From an uncultured bacterium (GTDB taxonomy: Bacteria; Bipolaricaulota; Bipolaricaulia; RBG-16-55-9; DRJF01), in the NCBI GenBank assembly GCA_913053845.1, contig CAJXGD010000005.1, positions 2,239 through 66,238 on the forward strand: 64,000 bases of DNA. Direction: 5' to 3'. The position numbers were made by a program, and so were the translations under genes. Every line of letters begins with the position of its first letter. Position 1 is the stretch's first letter. This document shows, piece by piece, positions 17,525 through 27,775 of the stretch. The notes beneath the pieces were generated by a model that was given only the letters and a program-made list of their open reading frames with translations, ran no database searches and had not been told where the DNA came from.

Positions 17525-20428
17525 TCAATTCCGCTTGGCCAGCAGGGAAAGAACGGCGGGGAGAAAGGTCAAGCTGAAGAGGGTGGTGAAGCCGATCCCT
17601 AGCAGAGCCACCTGGCCCAACACCTGCAAGGCGCTCATCTCGGCCAGAGCGAGGCTGCCCAGCCCGATCATGGCCGCCAGGGCGTTGGCCAGGATCGGCA
17701 CGGCGGTGGAGCTGGTCGCCCCCTCCACGTCGCGCTGCCCCAGGTCCTGATGGCGATGGAGCAGATAGACGCAGTTGTCCACACCCAAGCCCAGCAATAG
17801 CGGAGAGATCAGTATGTTGACGAAGTTGAACTGGATGCCCAGCCAGTGCATCGCGGCCAGCATCCAAATATAGCCCAGGATGAGCGGTGCCAAGGCCAGC
17901 AGCATCGCCCCGCGCAGCTTGACCCGGCGGAAGTCCAGCCAGATGATCAGCATGATCAGGGCGATGGCCAGTAGGGTGGAGCGCTGGAAGTCGCTCTCCA
18001 TGTAATCGCGCAGCCGGGCTTGCAACATCGGCGCACCCAGGTAGTCGGGCCAAATGGAGTTGAGTTGGCCGATAAACTGTTTGTAGAGATTGCTATCATA
18101 TATCCAAGCCGGTTGCACGTGGGCATAGATAATCATCGCCCCCTTAGCAGTGAAGAAATAGCGCTGCAACTGCCGCTGCAACTGGGGATTGTGCAGGCGG
18201 CCCTCGACATCTTGCGGGGTGGGGATCGAGCGCAGGATGGCCTGGGCCTCTTGGGCCAAGCGGTCCAACTGGTCGCTCAGCCGGGTGGCTTGCTCGGTGA
18301 GGGCCCGGCCGTTGAGCGCATCCAGCCGAGCGATCAGGTCCAGCACCTGGCTCTGCTGCTGGGCCAGCTTGGCGGCCAAACCCTCTTGGCCATTGATAGC
18401 CGCCTGATCACGGGCATCGCCCAGGTTCGCCTGCAAGCGCTCCCATTGCCGGCGCAGCTCGCTGCGATGGGCCAGATTATCGCGCAGCCATTTGAACTGG
18501 GCCCGCACCGGGGCCAGGGCCGACGCCAGGTCCAGCGACCGCACCTTGGCCAGCTTCCCCTTGATCTCTTCCACCTGACTGGGCAGGGGCATCACGCTGT
18601 AATAATTGATCACCTGATCTATCGCCGGCAGGGCTAAAAGCCGCCGGGATATCTGTTGGATCTGGCTGGGATCGTCCTTGACGAAGAAGACGAAAGCGTT
18701 TTGGGCATCAAATGAGCTACGCTCGAAGGCCCGATTGATCCGGGCACGCGTCTCCACGGTGGGCAGGTTCTTGGGGATCAGCTTGTCGGAGACGAACTCG
18801 AAACCCACCTGCGAGGCGCTAGTTAGCCCCACATAGAGGCTGGACCCCAGCACCAAAATGATCAGCGGCCAGCGCACCCGCAAGATCAGGTGCACCAGTG
18901 GGCGCACATTGAGCAGATAACGCGGAGGTCGACGACCGGGCCCCCGGCGCCCGAAGACCACCTGGGTGGCCATGATCAGCGCCGGCAGGACGAAGAGGGT
19001 CAGCAAGTTGGCTAACAGGATTCCCAGGCCAAGCAGAAGGCCCATCTGTTGGAGACCGGGCGAGCTGGCCAAGAGCAGGCCAAAGAGCACTGAGGAGGTG
19101 GCCAGGGAGGCGATCAGCATCGCGCTGCCCTTTTGCAGCAACGTGTTATGCAACGCCACGGTGAGCTTGTGGCCGGCCTGGCGTTCCTCGAGAAAATGGG
19201 TGATGAACTGAATGCCGTAGTCGATCCCCATCCCCAGCATCAAGGGGGGCAGGAAAGTTGTGAGCAGATTTAGGCTGCCCACGGTAAGCCTAACCAGGGC
19301 CAGGCTGATCAGCAGGCTCATAAAAATAGGCAAAGAAGCTAAAATAGGATAAAAAAGGCGCCCCAAGATGAGGATGAAGAGCAGGGAGATGCCGACAATA
19401 GCAATCAAAGTTGTCTTGTCGGTATCCCGCAGCAGGGCGGCCTGGCTTTCGGCATTGAAGACGTAGGAGCCGGTCAGGCCCACCTGGAAACCCTGTTTCT
19501 CTAGAGCGAGTCGGCGCAGCACCTGCCGCACGGTGCGGGTCACCTTGGTGTTATACGCTTCGGAGTCGGTAGAGGGACGGCGGAAATGGACGTTGACCAA
19601 GAGCGAGCGCCGGTCGCGCGAGAGCAAGAGATCGGGCGAGCTGGGCGGCTCTAGCTGCTGCAATCCCGCCTGAAACTGGCCGGTCAGCCTGAGCAAGGGG
19701 GTTATTCTGGCCTCCCCGCGCGCCAATTCTCCCGGCAGGTGCCCCAGTTGCAGGCCCACCTGCTTATTCAACTTGGCCAGGTCTACCAGGCTCTGGCTGA
19801 GCTGTTTGATGACTTGTTGCAGCTTCTTGGGGGCGATCACCGTCAAGCCGCCGGTTTTGATCGCTTGCTCCAGCCCTTGGTTGAGCTGGGCGTAAATCTG
19901 GTCCAGACGCTGCCCCTGATTCGCTGGTGGCTCCGCCGGGCTTGAGCCGGCCGGCGCTTTGCTCAATGCCTCTAGGCTTTGCTGCAAGTCACTCAGGTTC
20001 TGCTCGGAGAGCGCTTGCAGGTTGAAGGAGAGCGATTGGGGGTTGGGCAAGGCCGGACGATAGCTGGCGGAGGTTACTTCCGGTTGCGCCTGCAAAGCGG
20101 CGATCAGCCGCTCGGCTGTGGTGCGCAAGCGGTCCACCCCCTCCGCCCGACTGGAGGGCGTTTGGGTCAGGCTCAAGAGCACCGTGAGCACATCGGCGCC
20201 CTGCAAGGCGGCCTGGCGCTCGTTGAACTTCTGAATGAGCTTATCACCTGGAGGGAGCAGGTCTTTGAAGTCACTATCCAGCTTCAGGCCGCGCACATAA
20301 TAGAGCGAAAGTAATGCCGCCAAGCTGGCGATGACCAAAATCCACCAGCCCCGGCGTCGGGTAAGCTGATAGATCCATTCTAGCAACCGTTGGCGTATCG
20401 TTTCCGGTTTCAATAGCTTACCTTGCAA
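17525..20428 (-). CDS. MMPL/RND-superfamily exporter
   Basis: 967 aa with two 6-TM bundles, each followed by a large loop. The N-terminus and TM topology resemble HpnN/MMPL transporters. Confidence 0.8.
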   Translation of the reverse strand: MQGKLLKPETIRQRLLEWIYQLTRRRGWWILVIASLAALLSLYYVRGLKLDSDFKDLLPPGDKLIQKFNERQAALQGADVLTVLLSLTQTPSSRAEGVDRLRTTAERLIAALQAQPEVTSASYRPALPNPQSLSFNLQALSEQNLSDLQQSLEALSKAPAGSSPAEPPANQGQRLDQIYAQLNQGLEQAIKTGGLTVIAPKKLQQVIKQLSQSLVDLAKLNKQVGLQLGHLPGELARGEARITPLLRLTGQFQAGLQQLEPPSSPDLLLSRDRRSLLVNVHFRRPSTDSEAYNTKVTRTVRQVLRRLALEKQGFQVGLTGSYVFNAESQAALLRDTDKTTLIAIVGISLLFILILGRLFYPILASLPIFMSLLISLALVRLTVGSLNLLTTFLPPLMLGMGIDYGIQFITHFLEERQAGHKLTVALHNTLLQKGSAMLIASLATSSVLFGLLLASSPGLQQMGLLLGLGILLANLLTLFVLPALIMATQVVFGRRGPGRRPPRYLLNVRPLVHLILRVRWPLIILVLGSSLYVGLTSASQVGFEFVSDKLIPKNLPTVETRARINRAFERSSFDAQNAFVFFVKDDPSQIQQISRRLLALPAIDQVINYYSVMPLPSQVEEIKGKLAKVRSLDLASALAPVRAQFKWLRDNLAHRSELRRQWERLQANLGDARDQAAINGQEGLAAKLAQQQSQVLDLIARLDALNGRALTEQATRLSDQLDRLAQEAQAILRSIPTPQDVEGRLHNPQLQRQLQRYFFTAKGAMIIYAHVQPAWIYDSNLYKQFIGQLNSIWPDYLGAPMLQARLRDYMESDFQRSTLLAIALIMLIIWLDFRRVKLRGAMLLALAPLILGYIWMLAAMHWLGIQFNFVNILISPLLLGLGVDNCVYLLHRHQDLGQRDVEGATSSTAVPILANALAAMIGLGSLALAEMSALQVLGQVALLGIGFTTLFSLTFLPAVLSLLAKRN

Positions 20429-20496
20429 TCTCGCTCAAGATTTAGCTGCTGCGCAAGTTGCGCGGGAAAGATTGCCCGCCGGTTGACCGTGGTGTG

Positions 20497-21492
20497 CTAG
20501 CGCGAGCGAGCTTTGGCCCGTTGCGCCTCGGCCAGCTCCTCCGGGCTGGTCACGTCTATCTGGTAGCCGGTGAGCTTGGCGGTCAGGCGCACGTTTTGGC
20601 CACCGCGACCGATGGCCAGACTGAGCTGATCGTCGGGGACGATGACCAGCGCCTTGCGCTGCTCCCGGTCGAGCTCCATGCGGGTCACCGCTGCCGGCTC
20701 CAAGCTGGAGGCGATCAGTTGCTCCAGCTCGTCGCTCCAGCGGATGATATCCACTTTTTCACCGGAGAGCTCCTTGACCACCTCTTTGACCCGCGAGCCG
20801 GCCGCGCCAACGCAGGTGCCCACCGGTTCGATCTCCGGGCTGTTCGCCCGCACAGCCACCTTGGTGCGCACCCCGGCCTCCCGGGCGATGGCTACCACCT
20901 CCACCAACTCCCGCTCGACCTCCGGGACCTCCAAGGCCAGCAACTGGCGCACGAAGCTGGGATGAGCCCGCGAGACCAAAATACGCGGATCTCCTTGAGA
21001 TTTCTCTACTTTATAAAGATAGGTTTTGAGCTGGTCTCCCAGACGATACCGTTCGCCAGGGATGCGCTCCTTTTCGGCCAGGAGCGCCTCGGCCTGGCCC
21101 AGGTTGAGCCAGACATCGCCGCCTTCAAAGCGATGCACCGAGCCGTTGATCAACTGGCCCACCCGACGGCGATAGCGCTCATAGACCATCGTGCGCCGCT
21201 TGCGGGAGATCTCCTGCCGGATCGCCTCCTCGGCCCGCCGGGTGGCGATGCGCCCGAACTGCGCCAGGTCAATGCGCGTCTCCACCCCATCGGCGACGAT
21301 GCGGATATCTCCGGAGTGGCGATCGATGCGCACCGCCAACTCCTCTGCGGGGCCATACTGGGCAGTATAAGCGACCTCCAAACCCTTGGCCACCGCGTCA
21401 TAGAGATCGTCGCGTTCGATCCCCTCATCCTTGGCCATCTCTTCCAGTGCCTCTAGGAATTCAACGTTCATTGGCTCACACCTGAGCTTCAT
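20497..21492 (-). CDS. nusA: Transcription termination/antitermination factor NusA (no C-terminal AR domains)
   Basis: N-terminal domain MNVEFLEALEEMAKDEGI followed by S1, KH1 and KH2 (…SLAIGRGGQNVRLTAKLTGYQIDV). The start may be the internal Met at 21471. Confidence 0.85.
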   Translation of the reverse strand: MKLRCEPMNVEFLEALEEMAKDEGIERDDLYDAVAKGLEVAYTAQYGPAEELAVRIDRHSGDIRIVADGVETRIDLAQFGRIATRRAEEAIRQEISRKRRTMVYERYRRRVGQLINGSVHRFEGGDVWLNLGQAEALLAEKERIPGERYRLGDQLKTYLYKVEKSQGDPRILVSRAHPSFVRQLLALEVPEVERELVEVVAIAREAGVRTKVAVRANSPEIEPVGTCVGAAGSRVKEVVKELSGEKVDIIRWSDELEQLIASSLEPAAVTRMELDREQRKALVIVPDDQLSLAIGRGGQNVRLTAKLTGYQIDVTSPEELAEAQRAKARSR

Positions 21493-21571
21493 TATACCGA
21501 TCAGCCTCGGCGCTGCAATCTAGAGCCGGAGCTGTGGCGTCGGGCCGGTCGGCCGGTTATAGTCAGGTGTT

Positions 21572-22483
21572 ATGCCCCAAACCCACGCACCGGCCCTACA
21601 GCGGCAGTTGATCGTGCCCCCCGAGGCCGAAGGGCAACGGCTGGATCGCTGGCTAGCCGGCAGTCTGAAGACGATCTCACGCAGCCGGGTGCAGAAACTG
21701 ATCGCTTCCGGTCTAATCAAGCTGTCTGGAGAACCCACCAAGGCCGGCCGGCTGCTCCAAGGGGGCGAAGAGCTCCAGCTCACCGTTCCCGCCCCAGCTC
21801 CTACGCGGCTGATCGCCGAGACGATTCTCTTCGAGATACTGGCCGAAGACGATGATCTGGTCGTGGTGAACAAGCCCTCTGGCCTGGTAGTGCATCCGGG
21901 AGCGGGACATGCCCAGGGCACGCTGGTCAACGGCCTGCTCCGGGGACGTGAGCTGGCTCCGGTGAGCGGTGCGCCAGAGCGGCCTGGCATAGTCCACCGG
22001 CTTGACCGGGGGACCAGCGGGGTGATGGTGGTGGCCAAGACCGAGCTGGCCTATCGCAGCCTGGTCGCCCAGTTCAAGCGCCACGAAGTCTCTAAACACT
22101 ATCTGGCCTGGGTCCGCGGCGCTTTCAGCGAGACTGAGGGGCGCATCGAGGCGGCGATCGGCCGCGACCCACGCCAGCGGCAGCGGATGAAGGTGCTGGT
22201 GCAGCGCGGCAAGCCGGCGGTCACCGAGTTCAAGGTGCTGCAGCGTAGTCCGGAGCGCACACTGCTCGAGGTGCATCCCCTCAGCGGGCGCACCCATCAG
22301 ATCCGGGTGCACCTGAGCTCCATTGGCCATCCCATCTTGGGAGATCGCCTCTACGGCGGGGCCGGTGCGGCCGCGCCGCGGCTGATGCTGCACGCCTGGC
22401 AGTTGGAGCTGTGGCATCCCCGCTCTGGACGGCGCGTCTGCTGGATCGCTCCGCCCCCGGTGGAGTTCGAGTTAGCTCAGTAG
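21572..22483 (+). CDS. rluD: 23S rRNA pseudouridine synthase, RluA/RluD family
   Basis: S4 domain (RLDRWLA…SRSRVQKLI) plus catalytic HRLDRGTSGVMVVAK. Confidence 0.9.
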   Translation: MPQTHAPALQRQLIVPPEAEGQRLDRWLAGSLKTISRSRVQKLIASGLIKLSGEPTKAGRLLQGGEELQLTVPAPAPTRLIAETILFEILAEDDDLVVVNKPSGLVVHPGAGHAQGTLVNGLLRGRELAPVSGAPERPGIVHRLDRGTSGVMVVAKTELAYRSLVAQFKRHEVSKHYLAWVRGAFSETEGRIEAAIGRDPRQRQRMKVLVQRGKPAVTEFKVLQRSPERTLLEVHPLSGRTHQIRVHLSSIGHPILGDRLYGGAGAAAPRLMLHAWQLELWHPRSGRRVCWIAPPPVEFELAQ

Positions 22484-23001
22484 GAGCGGCCCAGCAAACG
22501 CCTGCGCAGTTGTAAGGCATAGTCCAGGCCGGCCAGATAAGAGAGAGCGATGCCCAGATAGAGTAGCCCCAAGCCCCAGGAGCTCAGCCTTTGGCCTCCC
22601 AGCAGGAGTATCAGGCTCAAGCCCAGCGCCAGCGAGGCACCCTTCCCCAAGGGACGCGCGGCCGGAATCTTGCACCTGTTAGCCCTGAACAGCAGCGCCC
22701 CCCAGAGCAAGCCTAACTGTTGAAAGACGAGCAGACCCAAAGCGACCCAGGGCAGCCTGCCCTGCCAAGCCAAGCTGGTCAATAACGAGGTGAAGAGCAG
22801 TTTGTCCACCAAGGGGTCAAGCACTTTGCCCAGAGGGGTGATCTCCCGCCGCCAACGGGCCAGGGCACCGTCAGCGAGGTCCCCGGCCAGGATAGCCACC
22901 AACAGTCCCAGCGCCATCTCACGCCGGCTTAGCAATAACTCCGCAATCAACCAGGGGATTAGCCCCAGGCGCACCAAGGTGATGGCATTGGCCGGCGTCA
23001 T
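22477..23001 (-). CDS. pgsA: CDP-alcohol phosphatidyltransferase (phosphatidylglycerophosphate synthase-like)
   Basis: DLADGALAR…GKVLDPLVDK motif. 174-aa membrane protein. Confidence 0.8.
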   Translation of the reverse strand: MTPANAITLVRLGLIPWLIAELLLSRREMALGLLVAILAGDLADGALARWRREITPLGKVLDPLVDKLLFTSLLTSLAWQGRLPWVALGLLVFQQLGLLWGALLFRANRCKIPAARPLGKGASLALGLSLILLLGGQRLSSWGLGLLYLGIALSYLAGLDYALQLRRRLLGRSY

Positions 23002-23061
23002 TCTCTTAAATATACTGGTCTATCTCCTAATAGGTTAATAATCCCCTGCCCGGTTGCCAGG

Positions 23062-25941
23062 TCAAAATGGCGCCCCCAGCGCCAGATAGAAGACCGGAGC
23101 CGGCTGGCCTAGCCCCTGGGCCACGCCGAGGCCGAGCGAGATACTGTTGAAGTAGCCCAGCGTAACATTGAGCAGTAGCTCGGTCCCGAAGCCGATCTTG
23201 ACCTGCTTCAGGCTGAGCCGCTCGCCGGCCAGGCCCGCATCTACGAAGAGCCGGCCATGCAGGCCGCTCAAGAAGAGCGAGTAACGGCTGATACCCCGCT
23301 CGATATCCATCAAGGGGAAGTCATATTGCAGTCCGGCGACCAATGCCAGCTTGCCCGATAGCACATCGGCCTTGAAGCCGCGCAGGGCGAACCGTCCGTA
23401 GGGGCCGCCGATATGAAACCCCTCGCGCTTGACGTCGCTGACATCGCTCCAGGCCCCCACGAACTTGAGCGAGAGGTGCTGGCTGCTGAGCAGCGGCAAG
23501 CGCCAGCTCTCCCGCCAGTCGAGCACCAGCGACCTGTGCCACACGCCGGAACCCGCCACCGTCTCCAGTTTGCCGTCCAGTAAGACGGAGAATGCATTGG
23601 CATACAGATCATGCTGGGTCAGGCGCTTCAGGCTCCAGGAGGCGGTGAACGTATGCCGGGTCTCTGGTAAGGCGAGAGGTGCCATCGCCGAGTCGGCCTG
23701 GCCCAACAGGGACAAGAGGCTAGCCGAGCCGGTCTGCACCTGAGAGATGCGCTGTGAACGCCGATAGCCGATGGTCAGCGTCTGGCTCCCGTCCAGGTGC
23801 AGCGAGAGCGGGAAGCTGGCACGCAACGACTGGCTGTTGCCGTGGCGATCGCCGGTCAGGCTCACGGTGAGCTCCGGGAAGAGTTGCAGGTTAATGTAGG
23901 TCAGATTATAGATCGGCCGAGCTTGCTGAAAATCATAGCCCAGCAGTGTGGTGTAGGCCTGCTGCACGGTGGCATCTTGGCCCTGGATCAGGACACCCGC
24001 CCCGCCAGGCAGGGGCAGCGGCAGCCAGAACTTAGGTGCTAGCGAGAGGGTCGGATCATAGGGCTTAACCGGATATTTGCTCTGGGGATAGCCCGACCAA
24101 ATCGGTATTTTCTTCATTGGAAGCTGGACCGGCCTCCAGGTCTTTGGGTCATAGGGCATCTTGTAGATGTTGTAGCCCACGCTGCTATAACCCGTAAAGG
24201 CCAGCCACTGACCATCGGGTGAGATGCTGGGATGGAAGGCCCCGCTGAGCATATTGGTCACCCGGAAGAAAGCTTTATCTTTAACCCGATAAGCGTAAAT
24301 ATTATAGACGCGGTCATGATCTGAGCTGAAGAGCACGAACTTGCCGTCGCGCGACCAGACCGGATCGGCATCCTGGGCTTTATCTTGAGTCACCGGAGTC
24401 AGGTTGCCCCCGGCCGCGGGCAGCAGATAAATATCTTGATAGCCGCCGCGCTTCCACAGTGCCAAGGCCAAAGTCTTACCGTCCGGAGAGACGGCCAGCG
24501 ATTGGATGATGCCATTGTCATCGGGAAAACGCTTGATGATGCTGATCTGGCCACTGGCCAAGTCGAGCCGCGCCAGGGCGGTGCTGCCATCGTGACTCAC
24601 CGTCTGAGCCAGATAGAGCGAGCGACCGTCGGGGGCGAACTGAGCGTAATAGGCCCGCGCGCCCCAGGTGAGCCGCCGCTCTTTCTTCGTCTGCAGATCA
24701 TAGAGATAGAGGTCGGAGAGCAGCGCGTAAGGCCCATCGAAGTCGAGCTTGGCGTAGACCAGCTTCTTCCCATCGGGCGACCAGGCCGGTAGATTGACGA
24801 AGCCATTGACCAGCTCGTGATCCCGGTCGCCCTGGGGAGTGATCAGCCTGATGTCATCGCGTCCGGAAGCATCCGAGTGATGATAAGCGATCCAGCCCTG
24901 AGCGCTCGCCGAGCCGCTCTGGGCGGCCTCAGGCGACCAGGCCGGCTGGTTACTGATGAACCCCAGCGAGCTGACCCGCAGCGCCGGGGTGAGCCCCTTT
25001 GCAGTGATAGCCCGGATCTGCTTGGTGAAGCGGGCGCGCAGCCACTGCTTAAAATCCTGATAGAGCTTGCTGCGCGAGACGCCCAGCGCCTTTTGCAGCA
25101 CTTGGTCGAAGTCTGCCCCATAGCCGGAGAGAGGCGCGAGCAGATTGAGTGGCTTGCCGGCGTTGATCTGATCGATCTGGGCCAGCTTGTCTTGTCCATA
25201 GCGCTCTTCGATGTAGCGATCGAGCCAGGAGCCATAGTTATAGACCAGCAAGCCGCTCGTCGGCCAGCGGGCGCGCCCATAATATGAAGTCGTCTGATCA
25301 TAAGGTGGCAGGGCGTTATCGAGCACCATCTGGCGCAGCAGCATCTCGGTGCGGGCGCCGTTGAGGCGTGACTGACCCAGATGCTTATATGTCTCATAAA
25401 CGGCCAGCCCCTCGATAAAAGTAATCGGCTTATGTATTTCCGGCAGCACGATGGTGCCCAGCAACCGGCGTAAAGCTTTATTCACCCCACGCACCTGGGA
25501 CAGATCAACCGCATGGACATACTCATGGAAGGTCACCATCTTCCACCAAGAGGCGAGCCGCACATTAAAATTATCTGAGAGACGACCCTGGTAAGCGAAG
25601 ATCATGATCTCGCCAGAGAGCGGATTGGTGGAGCCATTGGAGAGATCGAGTGGATCTACCAGCACGATCTCGGTCTTCTGCGGCGCCTGACCGAACTCTT
25701 TTTTCAGGGTCCGATAAAAACCCTCGACCTGAGAGGCGATCTCCTGGGCCGGGCCGCCCATCCCCTGCTGATAAGTAATGCGGAAATGCGGGGTCTCGAT
25801 CGTCTGCCATCTCAAGCTGGGATCTATGCGTAGCTGGCCGTAACCTACCACGCTCCCCACCGTTAATATCAAGATAAGTGCGCTCAAGATCGCCGCTCGC
25901 CGGGCTAGCTGACACGCTTGCATCTGGTGATGCCTCCTCAT
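23062..25941 (-). CDS. Outer-membrane-targeted protein: HExxH peptidase-like domain + TolB-like PD40 beta-propeller + C-terminal beta-barrel (cassette 1)
   Basis: 959 aa with a signal peptide. HEYVH at residues 139-143 with a downstream GLAVYETY. Repeated PD40-type blades (…SPDGK…LYL… ×5-6). The C-terminal roughly 300 aa are beta-rich and end …GLGQPAPVFYLALGAPF (aromatic C-terminus as in OMPs). Confidence 0.7.
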   Translation of the reverse strand: MRRHHQMQACQLARRAAILSALILILTVGSVVGYGQLRIDPSLRWQTIETPHFRITYQQGMGGPAQEIASQVEGFYRTLKKEFGQAPQKTEIVLVDPLDLSNGSTNPLSGEIMIFAYQGRLSDNFNVRLASWWKMVTFHEYVHAVDLSQVRGVNKALRRLLGTIVLPEIHKPITFIEGLAVYETYKHLGQSRLNGARTEMLLRQMVLDNALPPYDQTTSYYGRARWPTSGLLVYNYGSWLDRYIEERYGQDKLAQIDQINAGKPLNLLAPLSGYGADFDQVLQKALGVSRSKLYQDFKQWLRARFTKQIRAITAKGLTPALRVSSLGFISNQPAWSPEAAQSGSASAQGWIAYHHSDASGRDDIRLITPQGDRDHELVNGFVNLPAWSPDGKKLVYAKLDFDGPYALLSDLYLYDLQTKKERRLTWGARAYYAQFAPDGRSLYLAQTVSHDGSTALARLDLASGQISIIKRFPDDNGIIQSLAVSPDGKTLALALWKRGGYQDIYLLPAAGGNLTPVTQDKAQDADPVWSRDGKFVLFSSDHDRVYNIYAYRVKDKAFFRVTNMLSGAFHPSISPDGQWLAFTGYSSVGYNIYKMPYDPKTWRPVQLPMKKIPIWSGYPQSKYPVKPYDPTLSLAPKFWLPLPLPGGAGVLIQGQDATVQQAYTTLLGYDFQQARPIYNLTYINLQLFPELTVSLTGDRHGNSQSLRASFPLSLHLDGSQTLTIGYRRSQRISQVQTGSASLLSLLGQADSAMAPLALPETRHTFTASWSLKRLTQHDLYANAFSVLLDGKLETVAGSGVWHRSLVLDWRESWRLPLLSSQHLSLKFVGAWSDVSDVKREGFHIGGPYGRFALRGFKADVLSGKLALVAGLQYDFPLMDIERGISRYSLFLSGLHGRLFVDAGLAGERLSLKQVKIGFGTELLLNVTLGYFNSISLGLGVAQGLGQPAPVFYLALGAPF

Positions 25942-25954
25942 GTTGAACTTTGGA

Positions 25955-27001
25955 TTAAAAATTCATCAGGAACTGGAACTGTCCGTCCTGGGTGAAGACG
26001 AAGTCGGCACGCAACTGGAACTGGCTGACCGAGACTATCGCTGCCAGACCCCAGCTAAAGAGCGTACCGGTCTCCTGAGGTTTGGCGGCTTTTGCTTGGC
26101 TCCCCTGAGCCACCGGGGTTGCCTCCGGTCGGTCATGGGTGGCCGAGCCGGCCTGAAAGGTCAGCGCGCCGGAGAGCTTGAGGGGTACACCTTGGCCCAA
26201 AGCGGGCAAGAGCGCCGACGGCAGCAGGTTGGACGGGAGAGAAATCTTGGTCTGGTAAAGAATAAAGCGCCGTTCCAGTTCGAAGCTCCAGAAGTCATGG
26301 CCGCGCAGCGCTTTAGCGATGCCTCGCACGCTGGTGCTGAACTCAAAGCCCTTCAGTCCGGCTAGATTACTCAGATGGCCCCAGCGGCCGCTCAGCCGCA
26401 GCTCACCTATATTCAAAGTCAGGTTCTGGCTGCTGGCCTGGAAGAGCTGCTCGCTCCGCCGGCCGTCATGGCCCAGCAGTGCGCCTATGATCATGTTGGA
26501 GCTGCTGCTGAGATAGATCTGGTAGGGCAAGCTGTAGCTGCTGCCTCGGTCCAGGCTGAGATAGGCCACTTGAGGACCGGGGCCCTGCTCGTCCCAGAAG
26601 CGCCCTAGGAAGGCCCGGGCCTTATCGCCGTTGCGGCTGAGCACCAGTGCCAGGCCGCGCTCACCGAACTGGCCCAAAATCGGGGAGGAGGGCCAATCGA
26701 GCCAGGAGAGGCGCAGGCCGCCTTGGCCCTTGATCAGGGGCAGCTGGGCCAGGTTCAAACCCAGACCGGCCTCATATCTGAACGCCTTGCTCTTGAGCCC
26801 GTAGGCCGCGCTGCCGAAGGGCTCCCAATTGCCCAGGTGACAATCGGCCTTGGCGCCCACCAAGCTGCCATCTACTGCGTTTTGCGAGAAGACCGGTTGA
26901 GGTCGGCAGGGGAATGACTGCGCCAGAGCGGCCGGCACCGGAGTCAGCAGGAGCACCAGTAGTGAGCACCAGACCGTCAAAGCCAATTGAGATCGTCTCA
27001 T
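25955..27001 (-). CDS. Putative outer-membrane beta-barrel protein (cassette 1 partner)
   Basis: 348 aa with a signal peptide (…AALAQS). Alternating amphipathic beta-strands. C-terminus FQFLMNF. Stop is 14 nt before the cassette-1 large gene. RBS AAGGAGG. Confidence 0.55.
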   Translation of the reverse strand: MRRSQLALTVWCSLLVLLLTPVPAALAQSFPCRPQPVFSQNAVDGSLVGAKADCHLGNWEPFGSAAYGLKSKAFRYEAGLGLNLAQLPLIKGQGGLRLSWLDWPSSPILGQFGERGLALVLSRNGDKARAFLGRFWDEQGPGPQVAYLSLDRGSSYSLPYQIYLSSSSNMIIGALLGHDGRRSEQLFQASSQNLTLNIGELRLSGRWGHLSNLAGLKGFEFSTSVRGIAKALRGHDFWSFELERRFILYQTKISLPSNLLPSALLPALGQGVPLKLSGALTFQAGSATHDRPEATPVAQGSQAKAAKPQETGTLFSWGLAAIVSVSQFQLRADFVFTQDGQFQFLMNF

Positions 27002-27136
27002 TAGAGATCAGAACCTCCTTTAACCCTTGCATTATAGACCCAGAGAAAATGGCCGGTCAAACCGATTGACTCTCGCCGGCTCAATTTGCTATGATAATCC
27101 GATAGCGGGCGACGTGACCCAAAGGGGGGAAGCGCG

Positions 27137-27766
27137 ATGTCACGGAGCACCCTGGGTGCTCAGGAGATCAAAGCCATCTACGACCGGCTAGCAACCCAAT
27201 ATGATCGCCGCGAGCGGCTGCTGGAATGGCTGCTCTTGCGGCGCCACCGCCGCAAGTTGCTCAGCCGGGCCCGCGGCGAAGTGCTGGAGGTGGCGATCGG
27301 CACCGGCCTCAATCTGCCCTTTTATCCCCCCGAGTGCAGCATCAGCGGCACCGATCTCTCCCCGGTCATGCTCCAACTCGCTCAGCGGCGGGCCGAGCGC
27401 TTGAGGCGTGTTGTCCGACTGCAAGAGATGGACACCCAGCAACTGGCCTTCGCCGATGAGAGCTTCGATACGGTAGTCAGCACCTTGGCGCTCTGCACCG
27501 TGATTGATCCTCTGCGGGCGCTGGGTGAGATGGCCCGGGTCACTCGCCCCCAGGGGCAGCTCTTGCTCTTCGAGCATGGGCGCTGTCGCTACGGCACCAT
27601 CGCCCGCTGGCAGGATCGTCTCACCCCCCACCAGGTGCTGCGCTTCGGCTGTCACCTCAATCGCAACGTTCTGGCGCTGGTCCAGGCGGCCGACCTGCAA
27701 ATCATCTGGCGGGAGAGCCATCTGGGAGGCATGCTGCGGCTAATTCAAGCTATACCCTTCCGCTGA
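27137..27766 (+). CDS. Class I SAM-dependent methyltransferase
   Basis: Motif I VLEVAIGTGLN, then DTQQLAFADESFDTVV, then LLLFEHG. 209 aa. Confidence 0.8.
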   Translation: MSRSTLGAQEIKAIYDRLATQYDRRERLLEWLLLRRHRRKLLSRARGEVLEVAIGTGLNLPFYPPECSISGTDLSPVMLQLAQRRAERLRRVVRLQEMDTQQLAFADESFDTVVSTLALCTVIDPLRALGEMARVTRPQGQLLLFEHGRCRYGTIARWQDRLTPHQVLRFGCHLNRNVLALVQAADLQIIWRESHLGGMLRLIQAIPFR

Positions 27767-27775
27767 ATCGCTCGG

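Noticed and set aside
17310-18053. 247-aa minus-strand ORF overlapping both the rny start and the MMPL gene 3' end
   Set aside because: It lies in a different frame and overlaps two well-supported genes. The translation is Arg/Pro/Gly-rich low-complexity, typical of spurious ORFs in high-GC DNA.
20458-21456. 332-aa ORF antisense to nusA
   Set aside because: Opposite strand of a conserved gene. Biased composition.
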